Part shown: in pieces, positions 48,304 to 61,994 of the stretch
Layout: every line of letters starts with the position of its first letter
Position numbering within the stretch: the stretch's first letter is position 1
Source of the DNA: Squalus acanthias
Taxonomy: Eukaryota
Assembly: GCA_030390025.1 (NCBI GenBank)
Contig: CM059430.1
Span: 62,620,001 to 62,684,000 of the forward strand
Length of the DNA stretch: 64,000 nt
Reading direction: 5' to 3'
Program-made: the position numbers and the translations under genes
Notes under the pieces: generated by a model
What the model was told of the DNA's origin: nothing
Databases searched by the model: none
What the model saw: only the letters and a program-made list of their open reading frames with translations

Positions 48304-51111
48304 TCCGAGCAAAAGATTCAACGGATCACTGACTACACTGACCGTGTGTTTGCCACTGAAAGCAGGGTTTGCTGATTATTTAAACTGAAATGCGTCACAA
48401 TGACGTTTTACATCCTGTGTCTGAGGCTTAAAAAATCGGTTTCGTTCGTGAAGTAAAATTTGATGACCGTTCTGCTCTTACGCAGCCATTGGAATCACAT
48501 ATGTCACGGTCAGCAAAGAATTAGGAAAAATAATATCCGAATTTTAAATGGAGAATTTACCACCGATCACTGAGGCCATGTTGGTTTCTCCCAGCTTAAG
48601 ATGTCCAATGCGCACATTCCTTGCAGTGAATCTCATTGAGCAAATAGTCTTAAACTTCCCTTAGGCTGTACGCTGCTGTTAACGTCACCTGATATACTGG
48701 AAATGTAAAAGCTGAGGAAACTGGGAGCATTTATAAATTGTTTATAATCAGTTCTTAAATAACAATAGCAATATTTTATGAGAAAGGCTGGTGTGAGGAA
48801 AATGACTTTTTAACACAGTTGTTGTGTATAGAGGCTGTTCTACTATAATTCCACACATCGCTGCACATTCCACGCAATACTTGGGAGATCCTATTCGTTG
48901 TGACGTGTTATATCTCTGGAGACCTGAACTAATCCGAACACAGTTACCTGAATCTGAACCGTCAGTGATAACGTAGGGAATTATTTTCACATTATAATAA
49001 CCTTATTGAATATTTAGGAAATAGAGCTTTGATGATTCCATTAGAGAAATGTCGATGTGTGTTTCAGGTCAGGGATTCTTTGCAAATGCAATTTCCTGTT
49101 ATCAGCGCGTCCCGCCTAAAAAGCTTGAAGGAAAATGGTGGGAGGCACGATTAAACTATGTAAATTGGTTTGACAGCAGATATGTTAGCTAGATAAACAA
49201 AAACCGTTCGTCGAATGATATTCCAGGTCAACAGTTCAATGGGCAAAAATATGTTAAGAAAAGTGAAGGGTAATATTCTTCTAATTCGAGTGCATGGGAG
49301 GCTTCACCGTGATTTGAAGGATATTCTAAAGGGTTGTCATATTGCACGTGTCCACGGACGCCGCACTTAAAATATGTAGATAAGATTGTGTGCGTAACAC
49401 AGTACGCCACAAATTATTACCTATAATTCGCTGATTAATTCATACAATCACTCACCCTTAGTTTTATCTGATGTTTGTTGTCAAGTGTGGAGAGGAGCGA
49501 ATGTTTCCAGTTGAAACCAGAACCCACCACAGGATCCAACAACAAGAACAATCTATATTTTTATAACGCCTTTAAAATAGAAGGAAACGTCCCAAGAGGC
49601 TTCGCAAAATCGGAAGGAAAATGTAACATAATTTTACGTCCGCGTCCTTTTTATATGTAGGGTAAGTCATGGTCAGCAACAGGACTTGCTGAAATATTCC
49701 ACAAAATGACGTAATCATCATCACAAAGGCTTCCTATCATGTTGTAGCTCATCCTTTCACAAGTCACTGACAGTGTTTATATTATGTAAGTCTGCATCAG
49801 CCATTTCATTAAATGTAAGGTACATTTTCTAAAATACAGTCAAACTCGCATCGAGCTGCACAAGGCGATTCAAACTGGGGTGTAGTCATCAGGCGACACA
49901 GGGTTAGAGGCTGGGTGATATTTGGACCAGTGCATGCAGACGCACCTCTATACCCATTTAAAGTCATATACATTCTGATCTGTAAATTCCGATATAAATT
50001 TCTACAAAATTTTCTCTTAAACCGTTAGCCTGCAATTACACTCCCTGGCAGTGGCGGCGCTGCAATGCCTCTAATGCGGGAAGGGTCTAAATACAGCTTG
50101 ACAAACTTACAGTAGCAATTTCCATTATAAATGGTACAGTGGATAGAAAATGTGTACAGATATAATAATATATGCTACTGACGGACTTGTGCCTTGATTG
50201 AACTGCCGCCTTTAAGATTAACTGAGTGTAGATGCATTTATGGGGCGGCAAGATAAACATACGAGGGAAAAGGGTATAGAGAGTTATGCTGATAGAAATG
50301 GAGGAAGGATGGGAGGAGGCTCGAGTGGTGCATTAACGACGGCATGGCCTCTACTAAAGGCTTCATCTCCTTTCTGTTGCCATGATTGTTCAGCAATGCG
50401 GCTTTCGTTGATGGACAGTGGCCGGCGGGTGCGGTGGGGTCGGGGTGATTGGTGGTTCGGGGTCGAGGGTTGTTTTTAAGAAACGCAAGATCTGGCGTGT
50501 TCTGAGTAGGGATGTGATCACTGAACTCAGAAACGAGCAGCTGTAAGTGAATGCTCGCTGTTCTCTGTGCTGAAGGGTCATCGACCTGAAACGTTAACTC
50601 TGTTTCTCTGTCTACAGATGCTGCCTGACCTGCTGAGTATTTGCAACATTTTCTGTTTTTATTGCAGATTTCCAGCATCCACAGTATTTTGTTTTTGTAT
50701 CGCTGTAAGTATATGCTCTCTATTCTCTACTAAGACTATTAAAAGCAGTCACACTGCTGCAAGTTTGGAAATGTCGGCCCCAGCCTTTTTCAGCTTGTTT
50801 TCCGCTGACAGAGTGCTATCGCTGGAAATCCCTTACACTGTAAACTTTGGATTGTCAGAAAGATGCAAATTCCATCCGAAAACGTGGTCAGAATCTGAAG
50901 AAAACAGAAAAAATTCTATTGTATCATTTGGGTTAAATATTTTCTTGTAAATGTTGTAATCTTCCAATCCTCCTTAGATTCGGGGCTGGTTCCAGGGGAC
51001 TGGAAAATTGCAAATGTTATATCCTTGTTCAAAAAAGGGTGTAAGGATAAACCTAGCAACTACAGGCCAATCGACAGGGTTAGATTCATGAAATTGAACA
51101 ACTCTTTCGTG

Positions 51112-52285
51112 AGGAACGCGATGGACATCTACGGACGCTGAAAGATGCCCTCGTAAGAACAGGATATGACGCTCGACTCGTCGATCGACAGTTCCGACGG
51201 GCCACAGCGCAAAATCGCATAGACCTCCTCAGAAGGCGAACACGGGACACAACCAACAGAGTACCCTACGTCGTCCAGTACTTCCCTGGAGCGGAGAAAC
51301 TACACCATGTTCTTCACAGCCTTCAACATGTCATCGATGACGATGAACACCTCGCTAAGGCCATCCCCACGCCTCCACTACTTGCCTTCAAACAGCCACC
51401 TAACCTCAAAATTACCCAGCTTTCAGGAGAACAGCGACCACGACACCACACAACCCTGCCACGACAACCTCTGCAAGTGATGCCAGATCATCAACATAGA
51501 TACCATCATCACACGTGAGGACACTACCCACCAGGTACATGGTACATACTCATGTGACTCGGCCAACGTTGTCTACCTCATATGTTGCAGGAAAGGATGC
51601 ACCAGAGCATGGTACATTGGCGAGACCATGCAGACCCTGCGACAACATATGAATGGACACCACGCAACAATCGCCAGGCAGGATTGTTACCTCCCAGTCG
51701 GGGAACACTTCAGCAGTTAAGGACATTCAGCCTCGGATCTGCGGGTAAGCGTTCTCCAAGGCGGCCTTCGAGACACACGACAACGCAAAATCATCGAGCA
51801 GAAACTGATAGCCAAGTTCCGCACCCATGAGGATGGCCTCAACCGGGATCTTGGGTTTATGTCACGCTACATGACGTAGAGTCATTCAGACTCGAGTTGT
51901 CGTTGGCTTGTTCACAGATGTGATTTCCAGTAAAAAAATGTAAAAAGTTTAAAGTTTATGGTTTTCCGTACAGACTGCAGCATTTGACACATTAGACCCC
52001 CTGTGACCCCACCTCATTGTTTTAGTTGTATTTTGCTATGTCTTTCATATAATGCCTTCCTGACTGACCTGATTGTCTCTCTGCCGAGGTGTGATAAAAG
52101 GCAGTCAGAAAGATTAACTGTAGTTGTCTGACATTGTACGCTGCACAGGCATTTTTCTCTGTCTATATATGCTTTGCCGATCTGTATTCCTTCACGTCCC
52201 CTGACGAAGGAGCAGCAGCTCCGAAAGCTTGTGATTTTAAATAAAACTGTTGGACTATAACCTGGTGTTGTGCGACTTCTCACTT
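51112..52285 (+). mobile_element. Penelope-like element (GIY-YIG) present only in the right arm
   Basis: CDSANVVYLICCRKGCTRAWYIGETMQTLRQHMNGH; GTG flanks; empty site at ~1625-1635; hammerhead-like core at 52201-52230. Confidence 0.9.
52201..52232 (+). ncRNA. Hammerhead-ribozyme-like core in the Penelope terminal repeat
   Basis: CTGACGA-A-GGAGC-AGCA-GCTCC-GAAA-GCTT: conserved boxes, 5-bp stem II and a palindromic AAGCTT; stem I and cleavage site not confirmed. Confidence 0.45.
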
Positions 52286-52844
52286 GTGTTTCGGTCCGTG
52301 ATTGTCCACTTGGTCTAAATATTGAGAATGAGGATGAACGGGTGTTGTCACATGAGGAAAGAAGGGCCAAGGGGCCGTGGAGCAACTCTCCATCAAATTT
52401 GAAAAGAATGATAGAATCATAGACATTTATGGCACAGAAGGAGGCTATTCGGTCCATTGTGTCTGCGCCGGTCGAAAAAGAGCCATCCTGCCTAATCCCA
52501 CTTCCCAGCTGGTGATCCATAGCCTTGCAGGTTACGGCACTTCAATGCATATCCAAGTACCTTTTAAATGTGATGAGGGTTTCTGCCTCTACCAACCTTT
52601 CAGGCAGTGCAATCCAGACCCCCAACGCCCTCTGAGTGAAACAACTTCTCCTCAACTCCCATCTAATCCTTCTACCAATTAATTAAATCTATGCCCTTTG
52701 ATAATTGACTTCTCTGCTAAGTGATAAACGTGCTTCCTGCCGACTCTATGAAGACCCCTTATAATTATATACACCTCAAATAAGTCTCCCCTCAGCCTCC
52801 TCTGCTCCAAAGAAATCAACCGCAGCCTATCCAATCTTTCCTTT

Positions 52845-54310
52845 TTGTTATTCGTTCATGGGATGTGGGCGTCGCTGGCAAGGCCAGCTTTTATTACCCA
52901 TATATAGTTGCCTTGAGAAGGTGGTACTGAGCCGCCTTCTTGAACCACTGCCGTCCGTGTGCTGAAGGCACATCCACAATGCCGTTGGGGATGGAGTTCC
53001 AGGATTTTGACCGAGCGATTATCAAGCAACGGTGATGTACGTCCAAGTCAGGATGATGTATGACTTGAAGGGGAACTTAGAGTTGGTGGTGTTCCCTTGC
53101 GCCTGCTGCACTTGTCCTTCTTGGTGTTAGAGGTCGCGGGTTTGGGAGGTGCTGCTGAAGAAGCCTTGCCGAGTTGCTGCAGTGCATCTTGTAGATGGAA
53201 AACACTGCAGCCACAGTATGCAGGTGGTGGAGGTTGTGAATGTTTAAGGTGATGGATGGGGTGCTAATCAAGCGGGCTGCTTTGTCCTGGATGGTGTCAA
53301 GCTTCGTGAGTGTTGTTGGAGCTACACTCATCGGGCTAAATGGAGATTATTCAATCACACTTCTTACTTGTGCCTTTAAATAGTGGAAAGACTATGGGGA
53401 GTCAGGAGGCGGTGAGACACTCGCTGGAGAATACCCAGCCTCTGACCTGCTCTTGTTGCCACAGTATTTATGTGGCTGGTCCAGTTAAGTTTCTGGTCAA
53501 TGGTGATTCAGAGGATGTTGATGGTGGGGTATTCGGCGATGGTAATGCCGTTCAACGTCAAGCAGAGGTGGTTACACGCTCGCTGTTGGCGATAGTGATT
53601 GCCTGGCACTTGTGTGGCGCGATTGTTACCTGCCACTTATCTGCCCAAGCCTGGATGTCGTTCAGCTGTTGTTGCATGCGGACATATACTGCTTTATTAT
53701 CTGAGTAGTTATGAATGGCACTGCACACTGTGCAGTCGGCTGCGAACATCACCATTTCGGACCTTTTGCTGGAGGGAAGGTCGTTGATGAAGCAGCTGAA
53801 TGCATAGGATACTGCCCTGAGGAACTCCTGCAGCGATGTCCTGAAGCTGTGATGATTGACCTCTAACCACTGCAATCATCTTCCTTTGTGCTAGGTATAA
53901 CTCCAGCCAGAGGAAAGCTTTCCTCCAGATTCCTATTAACTTCAGTTTTACTAGGGCTCCTTGATGCCACACTCGGTCAAGTGCTGCCTTGATGTCAAGG
54001 GCAGTCACTCTCACCTCACCTCTTGTATTCAGATCCTTTGTCTATGATTGTACCAAGGCTGTAATGAGGTCTGGAGCCGAGTGGTCCTGGCGGATCCCAA
54101 ACTGGACATCAGTGATCAGGTGATTGGTGAGTAAGTGCTGCTTGATAGCACTGTCGACGACACCTTCCATCACTTTGCTGATGATTGAGAGTAGACTGAT
54201 GGGGCAGTAATTGCCAGGTCGGATTTGTCCTGCTTGATTTGAACAGGACATACCTGGCCAGTTTTCCTCATTGTCGGATAAATGCCAGTGTTATAGCTGT
54301 ACTGGAATAC
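52845..54310 (-). mobile_element. LINE RT fragment (inverted counterpart of 1-1075, extending further 5')
   Basis: NYCPISLLSIISKVMEG, VTALDIKAALDRVWHQG, GVPQGS. Confidence 0.87.
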
Positions 54311-54609
54311 TTTTTAACCCTAACACTCTAAGAGTTTTTAACCGAACACTCGCCATTCATGACTGCCGTGTCTCTCTCCATTCTCTTGTCATATTCCCTG
54401 CCCGATCCCTACGACCCCTTCATAGATTTATAGGAACATAGAAACAGGAATAGGCCATTGAGTGCCTCGAGCCTGTTCCGCCATTCAATGAGTTCATGAC
54501 TAATCTGTGACCTAACTCCACGTATTCACCTTTGGCCCATATGTCTTAATACTTTTATTTAACAAAAGGCAATCAATCTCCAATTTAAAATTAACAACAG
54601 AGAAGGACG

Positions 54610-56840
54610 ACCAACCTCAACAGAGCGGTGACCAATATTCCCATGGGGAGGTTAGGTAGTGCTGTTGAGGAGGTTTTAAACTGGCATGGCAGGGGGTGGG
54701 CACCAGCATATAGGAGTAGAAAGAGGAATAAGGTGCTTAAAGGAGTGAGTGTTTTGGATAGTACTAGAGAAGAAAGTATTACTAGAGGCGGAAGTAGTAC
54801 CATATTAGATTGGAGCAGACTAAGAAAGACTACGAAAAATTCAAAAATGGGTTTAGAAAGCATGTACTTAAACGCACAAAGTGTGGTGCGTAAGGTTGGT
54901 GAGCTAAAGGACAATTAACCGTCTGGCAATAAGATGTTGTGGCAATAACCGAAACGTCGCTTAACAATGGTGAGGACTGGGCACTTAATATTCAAGGGTA
55001 CAAGGTGTTCAGAAATGATAGGGAGGGAAAAAAGGGAGGTGGGGTGGCAGTGCTGATCAAGGAAGACATTGTAGTGTTGGAAAGGGAGGATGTGCTTGAG
55101 GGGACAAGGACAGAATCCATTTGGTTAGAGTTGAGGAGCAAAAAGTGTATGATCACTCCATTGGGAGTAATCTACAGGCCTCCAAATAGTGAGAGCGAGT
55201 TAGAGGAGCAAATCTGCAGGGAAATCACAGCGATATGTAAGAGCTATAGAGTGGTGATATTGGGGGACTTTAATTACCGAAATATCGATTGGGATAATGC
55301 TCGGGTAAAGGGAAAGGAAGGGAAGGAATTTCTGAAATGTGTTCAGGAGAATTTCTTTGACCAGTATGTTCTTGGCCCAACTAGGAAGGAGGCATTGCTG
55401 GATCTGGCGCTGGGGACTAAGGTGGGCAGGTCGACCAAGTGTCTGTGGGAGAACACTTGGGTACGAGTGATCATCGTATCACAAGATTTAGATTAGCAAT
55501 GGAGAAGAGCAAGGAACAATCTAGAGTGGAACTTATAAACTGGAATAGCGCTAACTTCAATGGAATGTGAAAGGATCTAGCCAGGGTAAAATGGAACCAA
55601 AGACTGACAGGAAAAACTGTAATGGAACACTGGGTGATCTTTAAGGAGGAGATGTTGCAAGTACAGGCAAGGTACATTCCAACAAGAGGGAAGGGTAAGG
55701 GAACCAAAGCAAGGGCTCCTTGGATGACGAGGGAGATAGAGAAGATGACGAGTCAAAAAAAGAGGGTGTATGATGAATGTCAGGTGAATTCTTCATGGGA
55801 GAACCAGGACAAATACAATAAGTTAAAAGGGGAAGTGAAGCTGAAAATAAGATTTGCAAAGAGAGAATATGAGAGTGGAATGGCGGTTAACATAAAATGG
55901 AACCCAAAAATCTTCAAACTGGAGTATGGTAGACATTGGTGTTCCCTAAGTGTCAGTGCTGGGGCCACTGCTTTATTTGATATACATAAATGACCTGGAT
56001 ATTGGAATACAGAGTAGAATTTCTAAATTTGCCGATGACATCAAACTTGGGGGTGTGGCAAACAGTGAGGATGATACCAATCGACTGCATCAGGACATAG
56101 AAAGGCTAGCAAAATGACAGACAAGTGGCAGAGGAAATATAATACAAAGAAGTGTGAGGTGTGCATTTTGGGAGAAGGAACAGGGAGAGGCGCTATACAC
56201 TTAATGGCACTTAATAGTGCAACTACAGAAACAGAAGACAATTGCCAACTGATCAGTTTGTGATTTTTGCAGTTGTTCGGCGCTGCTAATGATGGAAATG
56301 TAAGCGTCAATACATTTATTTGTACACAACATCCGCAATCAGAATTTATGTCATGGGCGACACCAATTCAAATATAAGTGCTGAGCTATTTCAGTTATGC
56401 GTAAAGACTGGAGAAGTGGGGATTATTCTCTTTTGTGCAGAGAAGCATAAGAGGAGATTTGCTAGAAGTGTTCAAAATCATGAACGATTTTTGCTGGAGT
56501 AAATTTGGAGAAACTTTTTCCAGTGGCAGAAGGATCGATAACTAGAGGACACCGATTTAAAGTGATTTTAAGTTAAACCACAGGCGACATGAGGAAACAT
56601 TTTTTACGCAGCGAGTTGTTGTGATCTGGAATGCACTGCCTGAAAGGGTGGTGGAAGCAATTTCAATAGTAACTTTCAAAAGGGAATTCGATAAATAATT
56701 GAAGAAAAAAAATACAGGGCTATGGGAAAAGTGCAGTGGTGTGGAACTAATTGCATAGCTCTACCAAAGAGCTGGCACAAGCACGACGGGACGAATGGCG
56801 TCCTTCTGTGCGGTATCATTCTACGATTCTATGATTCTAT
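54610..56840 (+). mobile_element. CR1 fragments (endonuclease at 54939-55496 and RT 3' end)
   Basis: AITET, GYKVFRNDR..KKGGGVA, GVIYRPP, ILGDFN; 3' ttctat tail near 56835. Confidence 0.87.
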
Positions 56841-57028
56841 CTCTTCCAACTTCTATTTCTAAGGTGTAAAATATTGTGACAGGAACAAGTTGAATTAGTA
56901 AATCCTCTTAAAATAGTAACAATTTTGGAGAAATTTGTACGTTACTGGCCGAACTCTGTTGGTATTTTAGACATTTGCCCAGGTGATACAATTTCTGACC
57001 CCATGTAATCAATCTCACATTATCGTAG

Positions 57029-58702
57029 TGTGAAGGAATAGCCAGGATTCAGAAAAATACACGATACTAAAAACAGTTTTCTGAAATTATTAATAAATGA
57101 CATACTGGGTTTAAAAGACATAAGCCTCAGCAGACACAGGCTGCAAACAGAATACAGGCTTATGAGATAAGATGGTTTGTTAACACAAAGCTGTGAACAC
57201 AAGCTTTGATATGGGAATGGGATATTGACAAAGACAATGCCCTATTGAAGCAAACCATTGGGAGGTTCCTCTATGTCTAGAGTTTGGGAGAAAAACAATG
57301 GAATGACCCGAGTAAAGTGTTATAATCTAACCTGTCGAACGGGTGCACAGAACATTAAAAAAAACAAGTGCCTTTGAAAAAATGACATCAATTAAGAAAT
57401 ACCTGTCGTAAAATAGTTTGATGTTAAACTTAAAGACAGGAAACAAGATTAAACATGCAATCAATTGAGCTAGCTAGAAAACAAGTAAACACTGAGTTGA
57501 AGTGTTTTCAATTTACATATTGTAAACAGAAGGCTTTGAAGAAATGACATCAAGTAAAAGAAACGCATGCTGAACAATTAGTTTTAATATTAAGCTTGAA
57601 AGATGGGGTCCCAAGGTCTGATAAAATCCAATTGAAGTAAATTAGAAATGCATGAAGATACTAGAGAAGTGTTTTAAATTTACATATTGTAAATGTGATA
57701 CCTACGGAAAGACTTTGAAAATGACATCAATGGATGCACCAAAAAAGTACATTGTTCTTGTATTGAACTTGGAATACCACGGAGTCACAACGCCCGATAA
57801 AGACTAGTTAAAGTAGTATTAGAAATTCAATAGAAAGACTTCCTAAGAATTGCATCAAACAGAAACCATTGCTGTCATTGTGTTTATGATGGTTTTTGAA
57901 ACATCTAAGTTAGAAACATAATTATGCATGCAATGGCTAAATTGACAGTAAAGACAGAAAGCATTCAACAGAGATATCAATAAAGAATAGAACAAAGTCA
58001 GCAATGAATGACTTGATACAATTAAGCTTACATCATCAGGAAATCTTCAAAGGATAAACCACCCAAAAAAGATATAAAAATAGATCTTTTCAAGCAGAAA
58101 GTCAGAAGTTGCTGGCAAGACAAGCGTTTCTCAACTTTACAGACCTTCTCTGTAAGTTTACAACTTTTGAGTCTCCGGTAATCAAGGTATTTAATTTTGG
58201 TGGATATTCTGGATTAAGAAATAAGTAGAAGTGTGGAAATGTAACGAAGTTAAGATTTGAGAATAAAGATCTGAGAATAAGATAATGTAAGCTATTTGTA
58301 TTTTGAACGATTAATGATGCGATTGCCATAATAAATGTTAACTGAATATCGGTTCTGAAATAAATCTATATCTTTTTAGAAAAGTCTCAAAGTGTGTTTC
58401 TGCATCATCTTGCGAACTCAAATTCTGTACACTCAAAGGAGTTGCAGAATGCTGGGGGGTATTCCAGACCCTTATAATATCCGGAAGGTTACAGTCTAGT
58501 TAAACTTATTAAAAGTACTGTCTGGAGGACGGTAACATCTTTAGACCGTTCTTTCCTTTAGGGAGAGGTAGTCTGACCTTTAAACCCAATTAAGCATCTT
58601 ATCAGATCCGGCTACCGCAAACTTTAGTTGAAGGTAAACGTCTGGGGAATACGCCTGATCTGGGGTAGTCCAAAAGGGCTAGGACTTGTAATTATCCCTT
58701 CA
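57029..58702 (+). mobile_element. Solo LTR, 1674 bp, TG...CA termini, GTAG target duplication
   Basis: GTAG-TGTGAAGG...CCTTCA-GTAG; empty paralogous site at ~39411; TATAAAA at 58073, AATAAA at 58262 and 58330; three ~170-bp repeats each with TGACATCA. Confidence 0.8.
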
Positions 58703-59182
58703 GTAGTTCATGAAGAAATGACACCCAGTGCCAGGAAATTAACCAACGTTACTGTACGGTACGAATAAATAAAGTGTGCAGCATGAATCCAATTCATGGC
58801 CTGACCTGGGGGAGTTAGTCTCAAAGATGCCACATTAGTAATTCGTTGAAACTGAATGAGCAACATTCCTCTAAAAATGGCTGCAATTATGGGGCGATTA
58901 AAGAAAATGCGCATCATTTTAGCCGAACTCTGTTGATATTTTGGACATTATCCAGAGCTGCAATTTGGGAGCCCATGTGATCCATATTACAATATTGCAG
59001 TACATAAGGAAATTGCATCGAATGTCCCGGATTTAAACAATTTCACTGTACTGAAACATCTGTGTGGACCAATAAATGTAACGCCAGAAAATGCATGAAG
59101 GAAACATTTCTGCTGTTTGCCTTATACTTAATATAATATGCGAAAAGAAAAAATGGGACACATGCAGGCGTCTTAAAAAGGA

Positions 59183-59630
59183 AAGACTAGCATTTATATA
59201 GGGCCTTTCATGACCACCGGACGTCTCAACACGATTTAAAGCAAATTAAGTACTTTTTGCAGTGTAGCCACAGTTGCAATGTGGGAAACGCGACAGCCAA
59301 TTGGTGCACGGCAGGCTCCTATAAACAGCAATGTGATAATGACTGGAGAATCTGTTTCTGTTATGTTGATTGAGGGATAAATATTGGCCAGGACACCGGG
59401 ATAACTCCCCTATCATCTTCGAAATAGTGCCATGGGATCTTTCACGTCCACCTGAGAAATCAGACGGGGTCTCGGTTTAATGTCTCATCCAAAAGACGGC
59501 ACCTCCGTCATTACAGCAGTCCCTTTGCACTGCACTGGAGTGATACATAGATTTTTGTGCTCACGTCCCTGGAGTGGAATTGTGAAGCCACAATACTTCT
59601 GACTCGGAGGTGAGAGTGCTACTCACTGAG
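59183..59630 (-). mobile_element. tRNA-derived Deu-domain SINE (SacSINE1-like)
   Basis: tRNA-like head on the minus strand near 59570-59630, Deu-type core (tggccaggacacc...gaaatagtgccatgggatc), L2-like tail; recognised from recall of the family, not from a search. Confidence 0.7.
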
Positions 59631-60634
59631 TCGGCGCTCGGTCCCTCGCTGTTTGTAGTGTACATTAATGATTTAGATATGAATGTAGGAGGTATGATCA
59701 GTAAGTTCGCAGATGACACGAAAACTGGTGGAGTGGTAAATAGCGAGGAGGGAAGCCTCAGGCTACAGGACGAGAAAGATGGGTTGGTCAGATGGGCAGA
59801 ACAGTGGCAAATGGAATTTAACCCTGAAAAGTGTGAGGTGATGCATTTTGGGAAGACTAACAAGGCAAGGGAATACACAATGAATGGTAGGACCCTAGGA
59901 AGGACAGAGGATCAGAGGGACCTTGGTGTGCATGTACATAGATCCCTGAATGCAGCAAGACAGATAGAGAAGGCGGTTAAAAAGGCATATGTGATACTTG
60001 CCTTCATTAGCTGAGGCATAGAATATAAGAGCAGGGAGGTTATGATGGAGCTGTACAACACGCTAGTTAGGCCACAGCTGGAATACTGTGTGCAGTTCTG
60101 GTCGCCACACTATAGGAAGGATGTGATTGCATTGGAGAGGGTGCAGAGGAGATTCACCAGGATGTTACCTGGGCTGGAGCGCTTCAGCTATGAAGAGAGA
60201 CTGGACAGGCTGGGGTTGTTTACATTAGAGCAGAGAAGGTTGAGGGGGGACCTGATTGAGGAGTCCAAAATTATGAGGGGCATAGATAGGATAGATAGAA
60301 AGAAACTTTTCCCCTTAGTAGCGGGGTCAATAACCAGGGGGCATAGTTTCAAGGTAAGGGGCAGAAGGTTTAGAGGGGATTTGAGGAAAAACTTTTCACC
60401 GAGATGGTGGTTGGAATCTGGAACTTAATGCCTGAAAGGGTGGTAGCGGCAGTAACACCCACAATATTCAAGAAGCTTTTAGATGAGCACTTGAAACGCC
60501 ATAGCATACAAGGCTACGGACCAAGTGCTGGAAAAGGGGATTAGAATAGACAGGGCTTGATGGCCGGCGCAGACACGATGGGCCGAAGGGCCTCTTTCTG
60601 TGCTCTATAACTCTGTGACTCTATGACTCTATGA
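59631..60634 (+). mobile_element. 5'-truncated CR1 inserted into the SINE head
   Basis: LGPSLFVVYINDL, KFADD, LVRPQLEYC; (TGACTCTA)n tail; TGAG on both flanks. Confidence 0.88.
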
Positions 60635-60659
60635 GCCACAGCTGACACTTAAGGAGCTG

Positions 60660-61615
60660 AAAAAAAATTATTTAAAGCCGATAAATCTCGTGAACCTAAT
60701 GGCCTGCATCCTAGGGTTTTAAAAGTGACGGCTATAGAGATAATGGATGCATTGGTTGTAACTTTCCAAAATTCCATAGATTCTAGAATGGTTCCCGCGG
60801 ATTGGAAGGTGGCAAGTGTAAACACACTATGTAAGAAAGGAGGGAGAGAGAAAATGGGAAACTACATACCGGTTAGCCTCACATCAGTAGTAGGGAACAT
60901 GCTAGAATATATTGTTAAGGAGCTGGCAACAGGGCACTTAAAAAATAATAATAGGATTGGGCAGAGTCCACATGGATTTATGAGAGGGAAATCGTTTTGG
61001 TCAAATCTGTTTGAGTTTTTTGAGGTTCTAACTAGCAGAATAGATAAGGGGGAACCAGTGGATGTGGTGTATTTGGATTTTCAGAAGGCATTCGATAAAG
61101 TGCCACAGGAGAGTTTGTTAAACAAAATTAGGGTTCATGGGATTGGGGGTAATATATGAGCATGGATTAAGGATTGGTTAACGGACAGAAAACAGAGAGT
61201 AGGAATCAACGGCTCATTTTCAGATTGGCAGGCTGTAACTAGTGTGGTACCGAAGCATCAATGCTTGGGCCTCAGCTATTCACAATCTACATCAATGATT
61301 TGGATGAGGGGACCAAATGTAATGTATCCAAGTTTGCTGATGATACAAAGCTAGCTGGGAATGTATGTTGCGAGGAGGATGGAAGGAGGTTTCAAGGGGA
61401 TATAGACAGACTAAGTTAGTGGGCAAGAACATGGCAACGTGGTGAAATGTGAAGTTACCACTTTGGTAGAAAAAATAGAAAAGCAGAGTTTTTTTTAATG
61501 GTGCGAGATTGGGAAATGTTGGTGTTCAGAGGGACCAGGGTGTCCTTGTACACGAATCTCTGAAAGTTAACTTATAGGTACAGCAAGCAATTAGGAAAGG
61601 AAATGGTATGTTGGG
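60660..61615 (+). mobile_element. CR1 RT fragment paralogous to 39790-40630
   Basis: NYIPVSLTSVVG, YLDFQKAFDKVP. Confidence 0.88.
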
Positions 61616-61994
61616 CTACTTCTATATATTATATGCATCAATTATCTTGACTGGGAAATTGAGGGTGCAACATTAAAACGTGCAAGTGACACTTTATGGG
61701 GAGTCGGGAAAGAAATTATGATTCAGATCGTGAAATTCTGTAGACGACATCGACAGCTAGTTTGAAGGGCAGATAGATGTTTGATGTAGAATGTAGGGAC
61801 ATGTGAAATAGTATATTTTGCAGGTACATTTATGAACAGGAAATGCTTCTTGAATGGTACGATTTTAAATGCTGCAGAGGAGTAGAGAGACCTCAATGAA
61901 TGATTGAAACAGAAGTTTATTACGAAATAAAAATACAAAGGGAGTTTCTTGGTTTAGATTTTGGTGGCATCGAATACAGAAGCAATGAGATAAT

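Larger units (their letters stand above)
40404..53913 (-). repeat. Right arm of the inverted segmental duplication
   Basis: Mirror ORFs in the track, e.g. 3558..3998 vs 50238..50678, 6212..6517 vs 47717..48022, 12599..12787 vs 41473..41661. Confidence 0.92.

Noticed and set aside
57370-57850. CRISPR-like or satellite array
   Set aside because: Three diverged ~170-bp repeats inside an LTR in eukaryotic DNA, with no repeat-spacer pattern
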